DNA of 64,000 nt from Lytechinus pictus (lineage: Eukaryota), in contig NC_087251.1 in NCBI RefSeq assembly GCF_037042905.1, positions 6,822,001 through 6,886,000 on the forward strand, in the 5' to 3' direction. The notes under the pieces were generated by a model that did not search any database, was not told where the DNA came from, and was given only the letters and a program-made list of their open reading frames with translations. Positions 12,836-26,601 of the stretch are shown piece by piece. Position numbers and translations under genes: made by a program. Position 1 is the stretch's first letter; every line of letters begins with the position of its first letter.

Positions 12836-15800
12836 CATGTCTTATAATCTGAAAGATAGTTGTGTCAAGTGCTCTTATTTGATACCATCTATTCTTGAAG
12901 TCTTAATGAAGTGTTGGTAAATCTAAAGATTGCCCACTTCTCTGTGGGGAATAATCAGTGATGCTTGGCCCCATAAAAAGATTATTTACTACTCTTTAGA
13001 ATCATACCCTACTTATTTTGGTTTGCTATCAGGGCAGTGTTTTAAAATATTGGATGATATATTAATTTGAAGTTGCAAGATGAATACGAGTGGTAATTAA
13101 GAGCAAAAAAAAGAGCTTATGTTTGAATGGAGTTATAATTATCTTGTTTGTTTTTTGATCACCTGGTTAACCTTTGGACGAATCAAAACTTCAATTTTTA
13201 CCTTACTCCACATTCAAATATATGCACCTTCATGTAAGCCATGAGAGAGCAGTTAGTATAATTTACAGTTTGAATAATCTTTGATCATGCATTGATTATT
13301 GGTAATGAATAGAATAATCATCTAACAAACCATGGACCTACCTTTCCAAATTCACATTGAGCTTTTAATTGCATGGTGAGAAACTAAAGTATGCTCATTG
13401 CAAGTATGTGAGACTGCATTGAAATATTGAGGTACCCACTTTATAATTCATTTCCACTGTCCACACGGGTGTGTAAGACATGAATTGATAAAAATATCAA
13501 TATCTTTATCAATTACATCATTATAGAACTGTCTTCATGCCGCTCTTCATTTTAGAGCTGCCCAGAGAGCTGCCTTTATCCTTGATTTTCTGTCTTTCTT
13601 TTCAGGGCTATGACTAATTTAAATATAGTGTTTTCTCTGTTTCATTTAATCTGAGTCACTATAGATGTATGCCCCTCAAGCTGCCTTATCTTCCCCCTTA
13701 TTTTTTAAATCCTCGGACAAAATGAATAATCTTCACAAGCCATGATAAGTAGAACATTAGTAAGCCGCTTACTAATGTCTCTTGATATTTAGTGATAGAA
13801 GACAGAGACTAGGATGGAGAGAGACAGACGTGGGCGAAGACTTATTCAGTAGTTAAGCTTTCATGAGGTTTCATACAATCGTCATAGAAAAGGAAGGGAT
13901 GGGGTCACAGAAGTCATTGAAAGGTATTAAGAATATGAGAAGAAAAGAAGCGAGACACATTCGGATGTGTATGTACAATGAAGAGACAGATTAACGTTTT
14001 GGGAGTGAAAAGAGATCTGGACACTGGAGAGATAGATAGTAATGTGACATGTTACATTCATGTTGGACTGAAGAAAGAAAAATGGGAACAGTTACCAACT
14101 CACATTTAGTTGTGGTTCTGAGATTGAGATATGCCTCAAAGTGACTGGGATTTTTATTATAATGCATCACAGAATGAATTTGAATCAACAAAATCATGAC
14201 GATAAAAGGTTTATTCAATTCTGCCCAGAGTCAAATGCTTGACATGTGGAATTGCATGTAGGACTACATAAAAGTTTTTTTTTTGCCCAAAAGTTTTAGC
14301 TGTTTTCAATCATATTATGACGTTTGGAGTACAATCTATGGCAGTGGAAATAAAATCCAACAGATTTGAAAATAATAGTTCAATATTCATAAAGCTCTTA
14401 TTAATTTTTTTAAAATTTATCTAAGTGCATGATTATTATTTCATATCTTTTCCACAACCAGACTTTCGCTTTTATACACAGAATATTCTTGTGTTCATGA
14501 TTCATGAGCTAAGATTAGAACTGCTTGCTCATTAAACGAGATGTGATCCTATTATCCTCTTGATATGATAAAACTCCATTTGTAAATTGCTTACAACGAT
14601 CAAAGTTTATTTAGTCCCAACTCAATCTTGAAGTGTCATTAATGAGCTATTTCTGTCACCTACTTCACATTAAGTCTTAATGAGGAAATTTCTTCATTAT
14701 ACCCAAGTCTGATGTTGCCCTGGTGCTGTTTTGAAAACAATTGAGTAGTATTGACTCCTTTACCCATCTCCAGACTGTGGTATGGTAACTAAGGAATTGG
14801 TTGCTATGTAAAGATGTCATTTGTGGTCATTAACGATACCTTGTCCTGTGTAGTTCATCACCTCAATAGATTGTTTGGTGGATTTACAATTGGTAATTAA
14901 CTGGATTATCCTCACTTGTGGGTGGTATATTAGTTATTTTTCTGATATAATCCAACATTCTGTGATTGTGCAGAAGTTTTTATCTTAATATACAGACTTA
15001 CAAATAGGCCTTTGTAAAGAGGATGAAGATAATAAGTGAGGATAGTTTGCAAATTAGTGCAAATCTGACTATCACAATAAATCCAGAGATATTGGCAGTT
15101 TATACAAGGTACACGGTAATCCCTATGAATAATCATACTTCAAGTCATTTAACATACTACTATCTACACATGAACAGAAAATAATAGACTCCCATATATA
15201 CATGTATCATGCATAATCATATTGATAAAACTGCAATATATCAATGTATGTGTTTGTAAACCCACTATCACATCTCAGAATAATCAATCAGACCAAAATA
15301 TACCATGCACAATAGAAATCTTTTATCAATTTATATACTTGTAATCCTTGTATCGACACTTAATAGACAAATAAATCAGCAAAACTAATAAGACTTATTA
15401 TCTTGCAAAGCAGTCATACTCTGTATTAATGTATGTGATTATATATTGGTACCTATTGTATCATAAATCAACAAATAAATCTTACATAGCAATCATACTC
15501 TGTATCAACACATGTCCTCCTCCACCAGCACCTATTATACTGTATTAGACAGAGAATAATGCAATGAAGTGCAAACAATAGTTGATATTAATGAGATGTG
15601 ACTGTGCGTGTAAGGTCACAAGATCAACATCGGTAGTAATTAGTAGATACCATAGGATTCAAGCGAGACCTGATTAATCTCTGTCTGCTTTGCTCAATAT
15701 CATGCTTGTATTAACAATCAGGGCTTGATTAAAGGTAAGGTTTCATAATATAAGAACTAAAAGTCATGTCTATAACGTCTTGATTATCCATGGAATATTT

Positions 15801-16052
15801 ATTTCATTTCCTGATTTAAATTTGCTTCTCACTATATAGTTCTAATATCTTTTATTCATTCATTCATTCATTTATACATTAGTTTATTTATTCATATATT
15901 TATTTACTTGTTTATTCATCTATTCATTGTATTCACACATATCCATAATATCTATAATACAAATGTAGTAGGTAGATAGATAGAGATGATATAGAGAAGT
16001 GAAAAGTAAGCCTCAAAGATTTTGTGATGAGCTTTAAACTATTGATATCCTA

Positions 16053-16725
16053 TTGATTGATTGATTGATTGATTTTATTCCTCAAGAATATCACAGGTGA
16101 TTACAATGAAATTGAAGAATACCTTGACAGGATAGCCCATGAAAGCCGAAAGGCTTATTTCCAATGGGGTCCTATAATTGTTAGTATAAAACATTAAACA
16201 TACATTACTATGACAAGTACTGGAATATGGTAAAAAAATATACATATCCATCAAGTAATTTGCAAATACCTTAAGCAAACAATTATCTACCAAATATAAA
16301 ACAAGAAATATGTTTTATCATACCCTACATTATCTACAATACTAAAAACCAACTGTACAAAATGTGTCATTTTTCGGGTAATACTGTTCTCGAGTAGATT
16401 CCAGTTTTAGGTGCTTTTTTAATGCAATCTTAAAGTGAGGAAAATTTTTAACTGCTTTTACTTGATATTGGATGCCATTAAAATGAAAAGTGTTCCCTAT
16501 ATGTCCTTCACGTTTTGGTAATACAAAATTAACATTACTATTTCGAGTATCGTACCTATGAATATTTGATACACGGGTGAAATTATTTGCTATATAATGA
16601 TCTAATGTATCCAACTATAATATCTTATGCACGTAGTGTAATACTAATTGTTCAGATCTTTGATCTATATGAAGTAATCCTGCCTTTTCAAGTTCATTAC
16701 ATCTGACATGTGCTCTTGGCCCTAA
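16053..16725 (-). mobile_element. 5'-truncated L2-clade LINE (ORF2 C-terminus, 3' UTR, (TCAA)n tail), copy 1
   Basis: The minus strand reads ...ELEKAGLLHIDQRSEQLVLHYVHKIL*...HRYDTRNSNVNFVLPK...FKIALKKHL, typical of L2/CR1-group ORF2 ends. It is followed by a 3' stem-loop, AATAAA and (TCAA)n. It contains an internal stop. Confidence 0.8.
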
Positions 16726-17626
16726 AACATTTATTACTATTGATGTGATTATGTCTTTAGTTCAAAGAGAAAATTTGATAAGTTCATCTATTTCTTCATC
16801 TCCGCTATGGGATGAATTTGATAATTGTTTGGTTTTTTTTTTTAATAGACAAGTTTACTTCCGTTCCTTCTGTACAAATATTTCAGATGATATGGAACAC
16901 CTGAACATAAGCACCTTTTAATTTCAGGCAATGAGATAATATAGCATGACTTGCTCATCAATATACCTTTCTTTCCTCAGCTTTACCTCTGAAAAGATAG
17001 CTACATCCAGATTATATTAGAAGCGATAGTATAGGTCTTGCATTATCTACATCTGTGGTAATTATTTTAATGTTCATGTGCATGATGGATTCACTAATAT
17101 TTAGTTCTCTCAAAGTTTTTCATTCCCGGCCGTTGGTAAGATGAGGAGGGTTTCCATGGCAAACGACTAAGCTGAGTCACATTCACTAATTAGGTGAATT
17201 GTGGCAATTGTGTTCAACATTTCGCCTGATTAGGTTCAAATCATCATGCAACGCCACACCTACAGATACTCTTCATAACTGAGTCATCCTATTAGCAAGT
17301 CCTCCTCATACACAAATACATGGCCTACTTGAAATAGAATGAAGATGTCTGTTTTCTTAGCCCTAAAGCCCAATAATCCTGTTTATTGACCAGATTTGCT
17401 TCTCACTATATAGTTCTAATATCTTTTATTCATTCATTCATTCATTTATACATTAGTTTATTTATTCATATATTTATTTACTTGTTTATTCATCTATTCA
17501 TTGTATTCACACATATCCATAATATCTATAATACAAATGTAGTAGGTAGATAGATAGAGATGATATAGAGAAGTGAAAAGTAAGCCTCAAAGATTTTGTG
17601 ATGAGCTTTAAACTATTGATATCCTA

Positions 17627-18299
17627 TTGATTGATTGATTGATTGATTTTATTCCTCAAGAATATCACAGGTGATTACAATGAAATTGAAGAATACCTTG
17701 ACAGGATAGCCCATGAAAGCCGAAAGGCTTATTTCCAATGGGGTCCTATAATTGTTAGTATAAAACATTAAACATACATTACTATGACAAGTACTGGAAT
17801 ATGGTAAAAAAATATACATATCCATCAAGTAATTTGCAAATACCTTAAGCAAACAATTATCTACCAAATATAAAACAAGAAATATGTTTTATCATACCCT
17901 ACATTATCTACAATACTAAAAACCAACTGTACAAAATGTGTCATTTTTCGGGTAATACTGTTCTCGAGTAGATTCCAGTTTTAGGTGCTTTTTTAATGCA
18001 ATCTTAAAGTGAGGAAAATTTTTAACTGCTTTTACTTGATATTGGATGCCATTAAAATGAAAAGTGTTCCCTATATGTCCTTCACGTTTTGGTAATACAA
18101 AATTAACATTACTATTTCGAGTATCGTACCTATGAATATTTGATACACGGGTGAAATTATTTGCTATATAATGATCTAATGTATCCAACTATAATATCTT
18201 ATGCACGTAGTGTAATACTAATTGTTCAGATCTTTGATCTATATGAAGTAATCCTGCCTTTTCAAGTTCATTACATCTGACATGTGCTCTTGGCCCTAA
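17627..18299 (-). mobile_element. Same LINE fragment, copy 2 (produced by the tandem duplication)
   Basis: Identical to 16053-16725 shifted by 1574. Confidence 0.8.
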
Positions 18300-19725
18300 A
18301 ACATTTATTACTATTGATGTGATTATGTCTTTAGTTCAAAGAGAAAATTTGATAAGTTCATCTATTTCTTCATCTCCGCTATGGGATGAATTTGATAATT
18401 GTTTGGTTTTTTTTTTTAATAGACAAGTTTACTTCCGTTCCTTCTGTACAAATATTTCAGATGATATGGAACACCTGAACATAAGCACCTTTTAATTTCA
18501 GGCAATGAGATAATATAGCATGACTTGCTCATCAATATACCTTTCTTTCCTCAGCTTTACCTCTGAAAAGATAGCTACATCCAGATTATATTAGAAGCGA
18601 TAGTATAGGTCTTGCATTATCTACATCTGTGGTAATTATTTTAATGTTCATGTGCATGATGGATTCACTAATATTTAGTTCTCTCAAAGTTTTTCATTCC
18701 CGGCCGTTGGTAAGATGAGGAGGGTTTCCATGGCAAACGACTAAGCTGAGTCACATTCACTAATTAGGTGAATTGTGGCAATTGTGTTCAACATTTCGCC
18801 TGATTAGGTTCAAATCATCATGCAACGCCACACCTACAGATACTCTTCATAACTGAGTCATCCTATTAGCAAGTCCTCCTCATACACAAATACATGGCCT
18901 ACTTGAAATAGAATGAAGATGTCTGTTTTCTTAGCCCTAAAGCCCAATAATCCTGTTTATTGACCAGAGGCAAAATAATATATTTTCCCATTTTTACCTA
19001 AGAATTATTCAAAGTGCATTTGTAGTTCACTTGCCAGTACTCACTATGAAGAGAAAGCAAATTGAAGTGATTTTTGGTGTTCAATGTCTGTAGATTGCAT
19101 GTATTCTAAGGAATGTTTCTATGGGTGTATGGTTCATTGGTCAATTTATTTTATTCATCTGTGGGCGTTTTATTTTAGGATTACCTGAGCTGTTTTACTC
19201 TGACTCAATATGTAGTCACTGTTTTATTTCCCTTTGATGGGTGGCGAATTACTCATGAATTTGGACGACTACACTGAATTTGTATTGACCGAGTGTTTGA
19301 TTTTCACCTTGATTTAATTTTGACAAAGATTATAAAGATTATAAATGTTATGTTACAGGGCTGGAGATAGCATATATGCTGATGGGAGCAAATAACAATT
19401 ATATTTGAGTCGTAGATTCTGATAGAAAAATTATTTGATTGATATATTGATGAAAGAAATATTGTGTTGAGAATGAAAATAAGTATTTTTGTCAAGTTAT
19501 TGTGATTAGTAAATAGTTGCAAATATTCCTCAACTAATCTCAATTGTTGTACCCTATATAGAAGGGAATATTGTTTTATGATGTCTATATTTGTTTACTT
19601 AAGACCATATGAATATCCATCATAATATGTAAAGGTTCTACTGAGAATAGCAAGTGAAATGTTGATAATGTTCCTGGGATATTGACGAGATTCTAGAGAC
19701 TTTAGACTCCAACAGATAGTTTTAT

Positions 19726-19747
19726 CAAGGAGCTTGGAAGCTCCTTG
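19726..19747. mobile_element. 22-bp palindromic P-element-like footprint
   Basis: CAAGGAGCTT-GG-AAGCTCCTTG flanked by the perfect 7-bp direct repeat GTTTTAT (19719-19725 / 19748-19754). Confidence 0.7.
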
Positions 19748-20296
19748 GTTTTATGCTGATGGAGGAGTATTATAGCAGACTTGTAAGACACTCTGTTATT
19801 CTCATTTTGACAATGCTATCCACCCACATCATAGCCATACACAATCCAATGATGACAGATGGGTTCATGTATCAGCAAACAATAATTCCACTTTACTATC
19901 ACATCACATGTTAGCTTGCTTCTATATGAAAAAAAAAATTCTACAATGCAATATCATACAGGTTGATGATGTGAAAATATATTTGTAGGTCGATATATTC
20001 TAAAGTAATGCTGACAAATTAATATATACATTTTCAATTAACTCTTTTTATTCTTACTTCCTTTGGAGTTTTGTATGATACTTGGATGTCAGACATCAAG
20101 ATTGCAGTAAGAGAATAGATAAAAACTTACATCATTTACCAGATATCAATGAAACGAAACATGAATGCATGTCTTATCTGTTAACTTAAGAGCCAAAAGG
20201 ACATTATATTTTGATAAAGCAAATGATTTATGCCCTTCTTGCTCCAGACAGATGGTATACATGAGGTTATCATGAATTTTCTTGAAGAGTGCATCT

Positions 20297-20779
20297 ATAG
20301 GTGGTTTCAGACCGCCTCGAAGTTTGCCAGTTCCAGGTATTCTCTGATCGGGAAATTTACCCCGATCAAAAATACCAGGTATTTTGGCGGTGTGAAAGCA
20401 AACTACGCGAATAATATCCCCGAAAGAAAATACCTGATAAATAGTAGGTACTTGGCGAAATTACGAGAACTTTCGCGGGGATTTTTCCAAGGTCGTGGGT
20501 ATTTTGGCGGTCTGAAAGCAAATTACGGGAACTTTTAGCCCAGCGTGTCGTTGGGTGCGGCGCCGTGCATGGGTTGCTGCTGGGCTAGTGATTTTGAATT
20601 TCGCGCCTTGCTGCTTATCAGACCATACTGCGCATGCTCGTAACTTCAGGAACTTATCCCGAAGGGTATGTTTCAGGGCGGTGTGAATGCAGGAATAATT
20701 AATGGGTATTTTTCAGCCTAAAAAAGTTCTCGTAATTTAAGGGGGATTCTTGTGATCGAGGCGGTTTGAAACCACCTAT
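20297..20779. mobile_element. MITE, family C (probably Harbinger-like)
   Basis: TIR ATAGGTGGTTTCAGACCGCCTCGA / TCGAGGCGGTTTGAAACCACCTAT (23/24), with internal repeats GGTATTTTGGCGGT(G/C)TGAAAGCAAA. The TSD is ambiguous. Confidence 0.8.
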
Positions 20780-23344
20780 TGTAGGAAAAAATAACTCCAA
20801 AATCATGTCAGAAGATGAATAGGTACTTTGATGTTTTAGCTTTAAAAATATTGTATACCATTGAATTATTTGATGTTGTGTAGTTGTCTTTATTTTCATC
20901 TTTGCATTGTAGTTTTTTTTAATTCTTTTTCCTAAACTATTTGATCATGATATTACTAATTCCTTTCAGATGACTATATATTTATACCACCATTTCATTT
21001 CATTTATGCTCCTTACTGCATCATTTGTTTCTATGTTGCTTTTAAAGTTGTCTCCTCTAATTGCCTGACTGGAACCATTAGATATACTGATTAGATCAGA
21101 CAATATCACTGATATTTGTTGTGAACTCCAAATGATGCATGAAAAATGTCATAACATCCCAGTATCATACAGACATCTCACATACTGATCTTAATCTTCA
21201 GGAGCTATATCGTCCTTGTAAATTGGAGGCTCAGAGATGGAGGAGTCCAGTTCTAAAAGGAACTAAATCAACCGTTGATGAAAATTGAGTTATTTACATC
21301 AAACTGGGTGGTCGCTCATCTATGAATAAACCACTAGATCTTAAACTACACATTTTATTGATTAGTCAAATAGTATTGGGTACAAATTCTTTAACATGTG
21401 TAACCCCTAAGAAGAGATGAATCATTCATATCATGACATTCTCTGTCACATGAAAAATCCAGACCTACCTATGGGTAATAGGGATGTGCTAACTTCAAAT
21501 TGATGTACTTTGAAGCATGAGCATTTTCATAATTTGATCCCAGAGACATAACCTATTTTTTATTTTCACCACTTCTAAAACCCTGAGTGTGTAGGCATGT
21601 TTCACACTCATCCTAAAAAATTCAATACGAAATCTTTTCTGGTCGCTCATAGTGTGTACACCGGTATAACAAACTGTCCTCCCTCCCCCCTCCTTTCCCT
21701 CCCTCATTTCATGACATTATTTAGTTCAGTTCTCATTTTCAACAAGAATGAATGTGAGAACAAATTCTATGATTGGATATAGCTCCTTTTGGAATTAAGC
21801 TCTTCAAATGGTGATACCTCATGTTTCGAAATTCCTTCACATTTGACCGCTTTATGAATAAAAACAGACAATGCAATCTGTGAAGAAAATGATTGATTGT
21901 TTTATTGTATGATGATGTGTGAAAGCAGTGAAATTGGACTAGAATCCAGCAGGTTTTTGTTGTTATCCATGATCTATGATACTCAGCATTCTATACAATT
22001 TTTTTTTTCAGTCAAGAGTTGATAGTCAAGCTCTAGCTCTGTGAAAGTGAAAACTTGGAGTATCACAGATGCCCAATAATTATTTGGTGTTTTTTTAGTA
22101 TAAGGATCTTTAGGTAATGTTGGATTGGAAGGGTTATGTGTTATGAAAGTATACTACAGACTTGAACTCATACTTGAACTTCATAAATCCTTCACTTTGA
22201 ATTGAGAACAGCAGGAGCGTGGGTTTTTTTTATTTCATTTTTCACACTTGAATGGAACATTCCATCAAAAGAAATCATAGACACGTTATATGGTCCTCTG
22301 CTCACATTAGAAATTTTTCATGATAAATCTGAATTTGCAATGATTTTTACATGGGAATGCTTGTTTTGTTTGTTATGGATTAATTTTAAGGGGGAAATGA
22401 ATCACAAAGTTGTGAAGTTGAAACAGACCAATATGACTTTCTTGAACACTGTGGATGTATTTTTACAAAGTAGCATGCATTTTATCTGATAAAGTATGGC
22501 CAAATTTGGCAAAATATTGCCATGCTTTTCAGGTTGGTTGACAGCCCTATTTAGAATGCTGATATTCATGATAACCCCGCTCTGAATTGTTTCCTTCTCT
22601 GATTTCAGCTTTTTAAACCGTGAGGAATAAGAAACTTTCCATTTTCAAGATAAGTTTACAGAGTTAGATTTCAATCAAATCCCCAGGAACTCATCCGAGA
22701 ACTTAATTGATACAATTCAATTTATCCTCTTCATGACATCATTCAGCAACTGAAACTGAAAACCTTTTATAGGATTGTTGGTTCACAACGAAAGCAAAAC
22801 TTTGCAAAATACAAAGAGTTTGTCATAGTCAGACAAAGTATGCAGGTCAGTTCTTTTTATATTTGGATGTTGACATGGACACTCCTGCTGGGTTACTATG
22901 ACGATTAAATGATATTGATGATCTGATGAAAAGGAAACATGGGGAGGAGAATTATTTGTAGGAGAGATGTCATATTCCCACAGATAATCTGTCTGCTTAA
23001 TTCACCTCCCGATGAGTATTTACGTCTGGTAGTCACGCAAGGTATTTGTGTGGGAGTGTAGAATGCGTGCAAGTGTTCATCATATGTTTTCTCCCACCCA
23101 CTGACATGTACTTGAAGATTTATAAAAGTTCCATTTCCCATTAGTCTACAATATAAAGTCTTATTGTAAAGTGTTAAATCATTGAAATGATCATGCTGGA
23201 TGTTGTCAAGGTTTTTTTTAACTCTAATCTAAAATCTAAAAGTTAATAAATTTAGCTTACAATTCTCTAATCTAATTAGCCATGTTATCATTGTTGCATT
23301 CTTTGATACTTTATTGTTATTATTTTTTATGATATTGGCCTTTG

Positions 23345-23527
23345 CAGGGGCCGCGGAAGCGGGGGGGGGGGGGGGCTGGGGAGCTTCAGCCCCCCCCCCC
23401 CACTTTTTTCAAAAACCGTGTACAAAAACGTAAAAATAACCATATGATTGTGATTTTTGGCATGGTCAGCCCCCCCCCCCCACTTTTGGCTCAGCCCCCC
23501 ACTTTGAAAACCGTTCCGCGGCCCCTG
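23345..23527. mobile_element. GC-rich MITE with 5-bp TSD, family D, copy 1
   Basis: TIR CAGGGGCCGCGGAA / TTCCGCGGCCCCTG, TSD CTTTG (23340-23344 / 23528-23532), with G and C homopolymer runs. Confidence 0.9.
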
Positions 23528-25968
23528 CTTTGTTAAAAGAAAGTTATCCATCGCAAACCTTTCCCAAATGATATGTGTCATAACCCTATGCCTAATAACA
23601 CATATTTACTTCAAATGTAATCCTTTAGTCAGTTATAAATATTGAGAATTAGCATTCTTTTTATGAAAATTAAAATGTTAAGTGAGATTTTTCCAAGGGT
23701 AGCTAAATACTAGTGAGGTGTGATAATGAGGAATACAAGAGATTCTTTGATAATAATTGGAATGCAGACTGTATTTCTGAGTCAGCTATGATTTTATCTG
23801 CAACCTGAGTGAATAAAGGTGATATTAATTCCTTCACCGTGTGTGGGTGTTTGTATGTCTTTGAGCTCAGGTATGTGAAACAATGTTTATCTACTGGGTT
23901 TAATTGCTTCAGACCTTGTCCAAATGGATGGGCGGGATGAACATTCCTACCAAGATGGTCCTGGGGAATTTGCAAACGTTTGCTTTATTTCATAAAATAT
24001 AATCTGTGAATGAATATGATTTGGAGGCAGTAAACATGAACTTTTAAGTGATACTGTATGATTAATTTGTTTAATTTATTTTATTTATTATGCAATATTT
24101 TGTTTTAACAGTTTATAATTTGTTCTGTGTGTTTTTTTAATCTATATTATAGGCCTATAAACACAGTTTTCTGCTCCTTATAGTTGACCTCCATTTCTCT
24201 CCAATATCATTAGTTAATGGTTTTATATAACTTATTTATTTTCATTTAAAGCAATGCAAGCAGATTTTTTTAACAAAAAATTTTCCTTGGATATTAATTA
24301 CCCATGCACATATGAATCCTTAGTTTCATTTTGAAATTAAATATTGAAAACCCTCAACCACACCTTGACAAAGAAACCCTGTTTCTGTTTTGGAGTAGTA
24401 ATTAATGCTTGTTGATTGTTGATTGGTATCAGACTATCTCCCATGAATTCTTCCAAACACCAAAGACCAATGGCTATTTACCCCCTAAATGACCGATATT
24501 TGATCAATAATGGATGGGTGCAATTTGTCAGATAGAGTTATCAAGAGTGCAAATTTGTTCTCAGTTTGAATTTTGCTGAAGAGAAATATTTTGTGTATGA
24601 TAGTACTGCCATTAATCTAATGTTTCTGTGCTCTTAAAAGAAATATATTTGTTATTGCTAGCTGTGATGTAGTAGTATAAAGAAGGTGTGACAGTGAAAG
24701 ATCTTGATTTGTTATCATATAGGATTATTAATGGAGTAATTTGTCTAATTTATGTCAAATTGGCTGAAAGTGATACCCCAAAAAGAGCATTATACAGGAC
24801 AAGTGATCTACAAGTTTCACAAAGAAAGCATGCGTAGTAACAGTTGAGCATGTTCCTTGAGAATATTCTGATCCATGTTGTGTATCTAGGGGCAATGGTA
24901 CATGTGGACCTGGTGCCACTTCCAGGAGCCCAAAAAGAAAGAAAGGGAAGAAAAATAAGAAGAGGACAAGAAAATAAAGACTAGAAATTGCATTCTGATG
25001 AACAACTGAAGAAGCCTCAGATGCCAAAAGTTTATTTGGGGTGTGATGTCAGCTATTGCCACCGGTTTAAAACATTGCAAGGAGTGCAGTTTTACTGTTT
25101 GCCCTGGGTTCCAATATTCCTATATGTTGCTATCTTGCAGTGAAATGTTGTCACCACATGCAACTGGGAATTCCCACATGTTTTTATTTTGTGGGGGGGG
25201 GGGGTGGAGAACATTGCGTTGAGATCATGAATGCAATTTTTGCCTCCTTTGCCAATTACAATTCATGCATTCTTTTTCAATTTTGCTATCCTGAGTTAAT
25301 GCTCAATACAGATAAAAGAATCATATCTAAAAAAAAAGTTAGATTGGGAGCTCTGTCTACACATTTTGAAACCATGTTAATCTCATCTACCTTGGCAATT
25401 TATATTTGCAGATCAGCTTCAAGTTAAGGTCAACCTCAATACATATGACCTTCTAACAGATGGCACTATTTGCAGGAAAGAAAGAAAAATTCATGCATGT
25501 ATGGATGATAGATATTTTATGAAGATGAATCTTTTTGATAACTCTTTATTAAGATGTAATCCTTTGATATTTCACCCATCACTTGTTATTAGTATCACTC
25601 AATACTATATCTTTCTTTACCATATTGTCATCTAACTTTTTGATGCAAATTGCATTGTGAGGAGATATACCCTATAAAATGCCTGAACGCTTTTTCACCT
25701 TTGCCATATGCAATTTTCTTTTATAGTTGTCATTTATGACCTACGCTCTTAAAATTTGTGAATATGATCCTTATATTCAGATGTTCAGGCTTCTAACTTT
25801 TTTTGCAACAACACAGGAGACCCTATTTGTGAACAGAGAAATTGTGGAATTACGGATTCTCTATAAATTCCTATTATCATTAGAGGATGAAACTTCATAT
25901 AATATTACACATAGAATCCATTTTGTAAGTATTCAAATTTTCCAACATGGAAAGTTGTTTTTGTCTAA

Positions 25969-26601
25969 GAGGCTGTTCACACCGCAAGGGGGGACCGTGG
26001 GCGGACCGTGGATCGCGCTATCGTAGCGCGATCCACGGTCCGCCCATTGGCATTCGCCGGATTCACACCGCAGTGAGATAGCGCGGTCTATCGTAGCACC
26101 CCCTTTTTTGAGAGGTCCTGTTGCCATGACGCGTGACGTCATGAGGTCAGAGCGGTCAAAGATTTCGCGCGCTATTACGAACCCGTACTAGTTAGTTGAG
26201 AGCTCGATATCGCTGTGCCTATTATGCTAGCCGGCCTACGTTTATTTCATGGCGTTGTATACATTGTGCATGTATTTCTATTAATCTAGATTCTAGACAC
26301 TTGTATTTTAACTGTGTTTGTGGACGTGAATGAGTATAAAATTCCCCGCGTGTAGAACGATGACTTCCGGCGTGCTATCGTAGCTCGGGTTCACACCGGC
26401 AGAGATAGCGCGATCTAGCGCGCGCTAGACCGCGCTATCTCTCGTGGACCACCCCCAAGAGGTGCTCCAGTGGCACGCCGTTTTGGCTCGCCGTGGCTCG
26501 CTGTTGGGCGGACCGAAACAACGTTGTACCTTCCACACCGCAGAGATAGCGCGATCTAGTGCGCGCTAGATCGCGCTATCTCTGCCGGTCTGAACAGGCT
26601 C
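25969..26601. mobile_element. Harbinger-like MITE, family E
   Basis: TIR GAGGCTGTTCACACCG / CGGTCTGAACAGGCTC (14/16) and TSD TAA (25966-25968 / 26602-26604). CpG-rich, with internal palindromes built on AGATAGCGCG. Confidence 0.9.

Larger units (their letters stand above)
15820..18967. repeat. Head-to-tail tandem duplication, 2 x 1574 bp (15820-17393, 17394-18967)
   Basis: The ORF track repeats with an offset of 1574. No differences were seen by eye, including a T11 run. The junction has 1-bp microhomology. Confidence 0.95.

Noticed and set aside
15020..15545. Degenerate ATCATACTCTGTAT-type repeats
   Set aside because: Too diverged to define a unit. Ordinary decayed minisatellite.
16342..16614. 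90-aa ORF and its duplicate at 17916..18188 as host genes
   Set aside because: Degenerate LINE ORF2 C-terminus with a stop immediately upstream.
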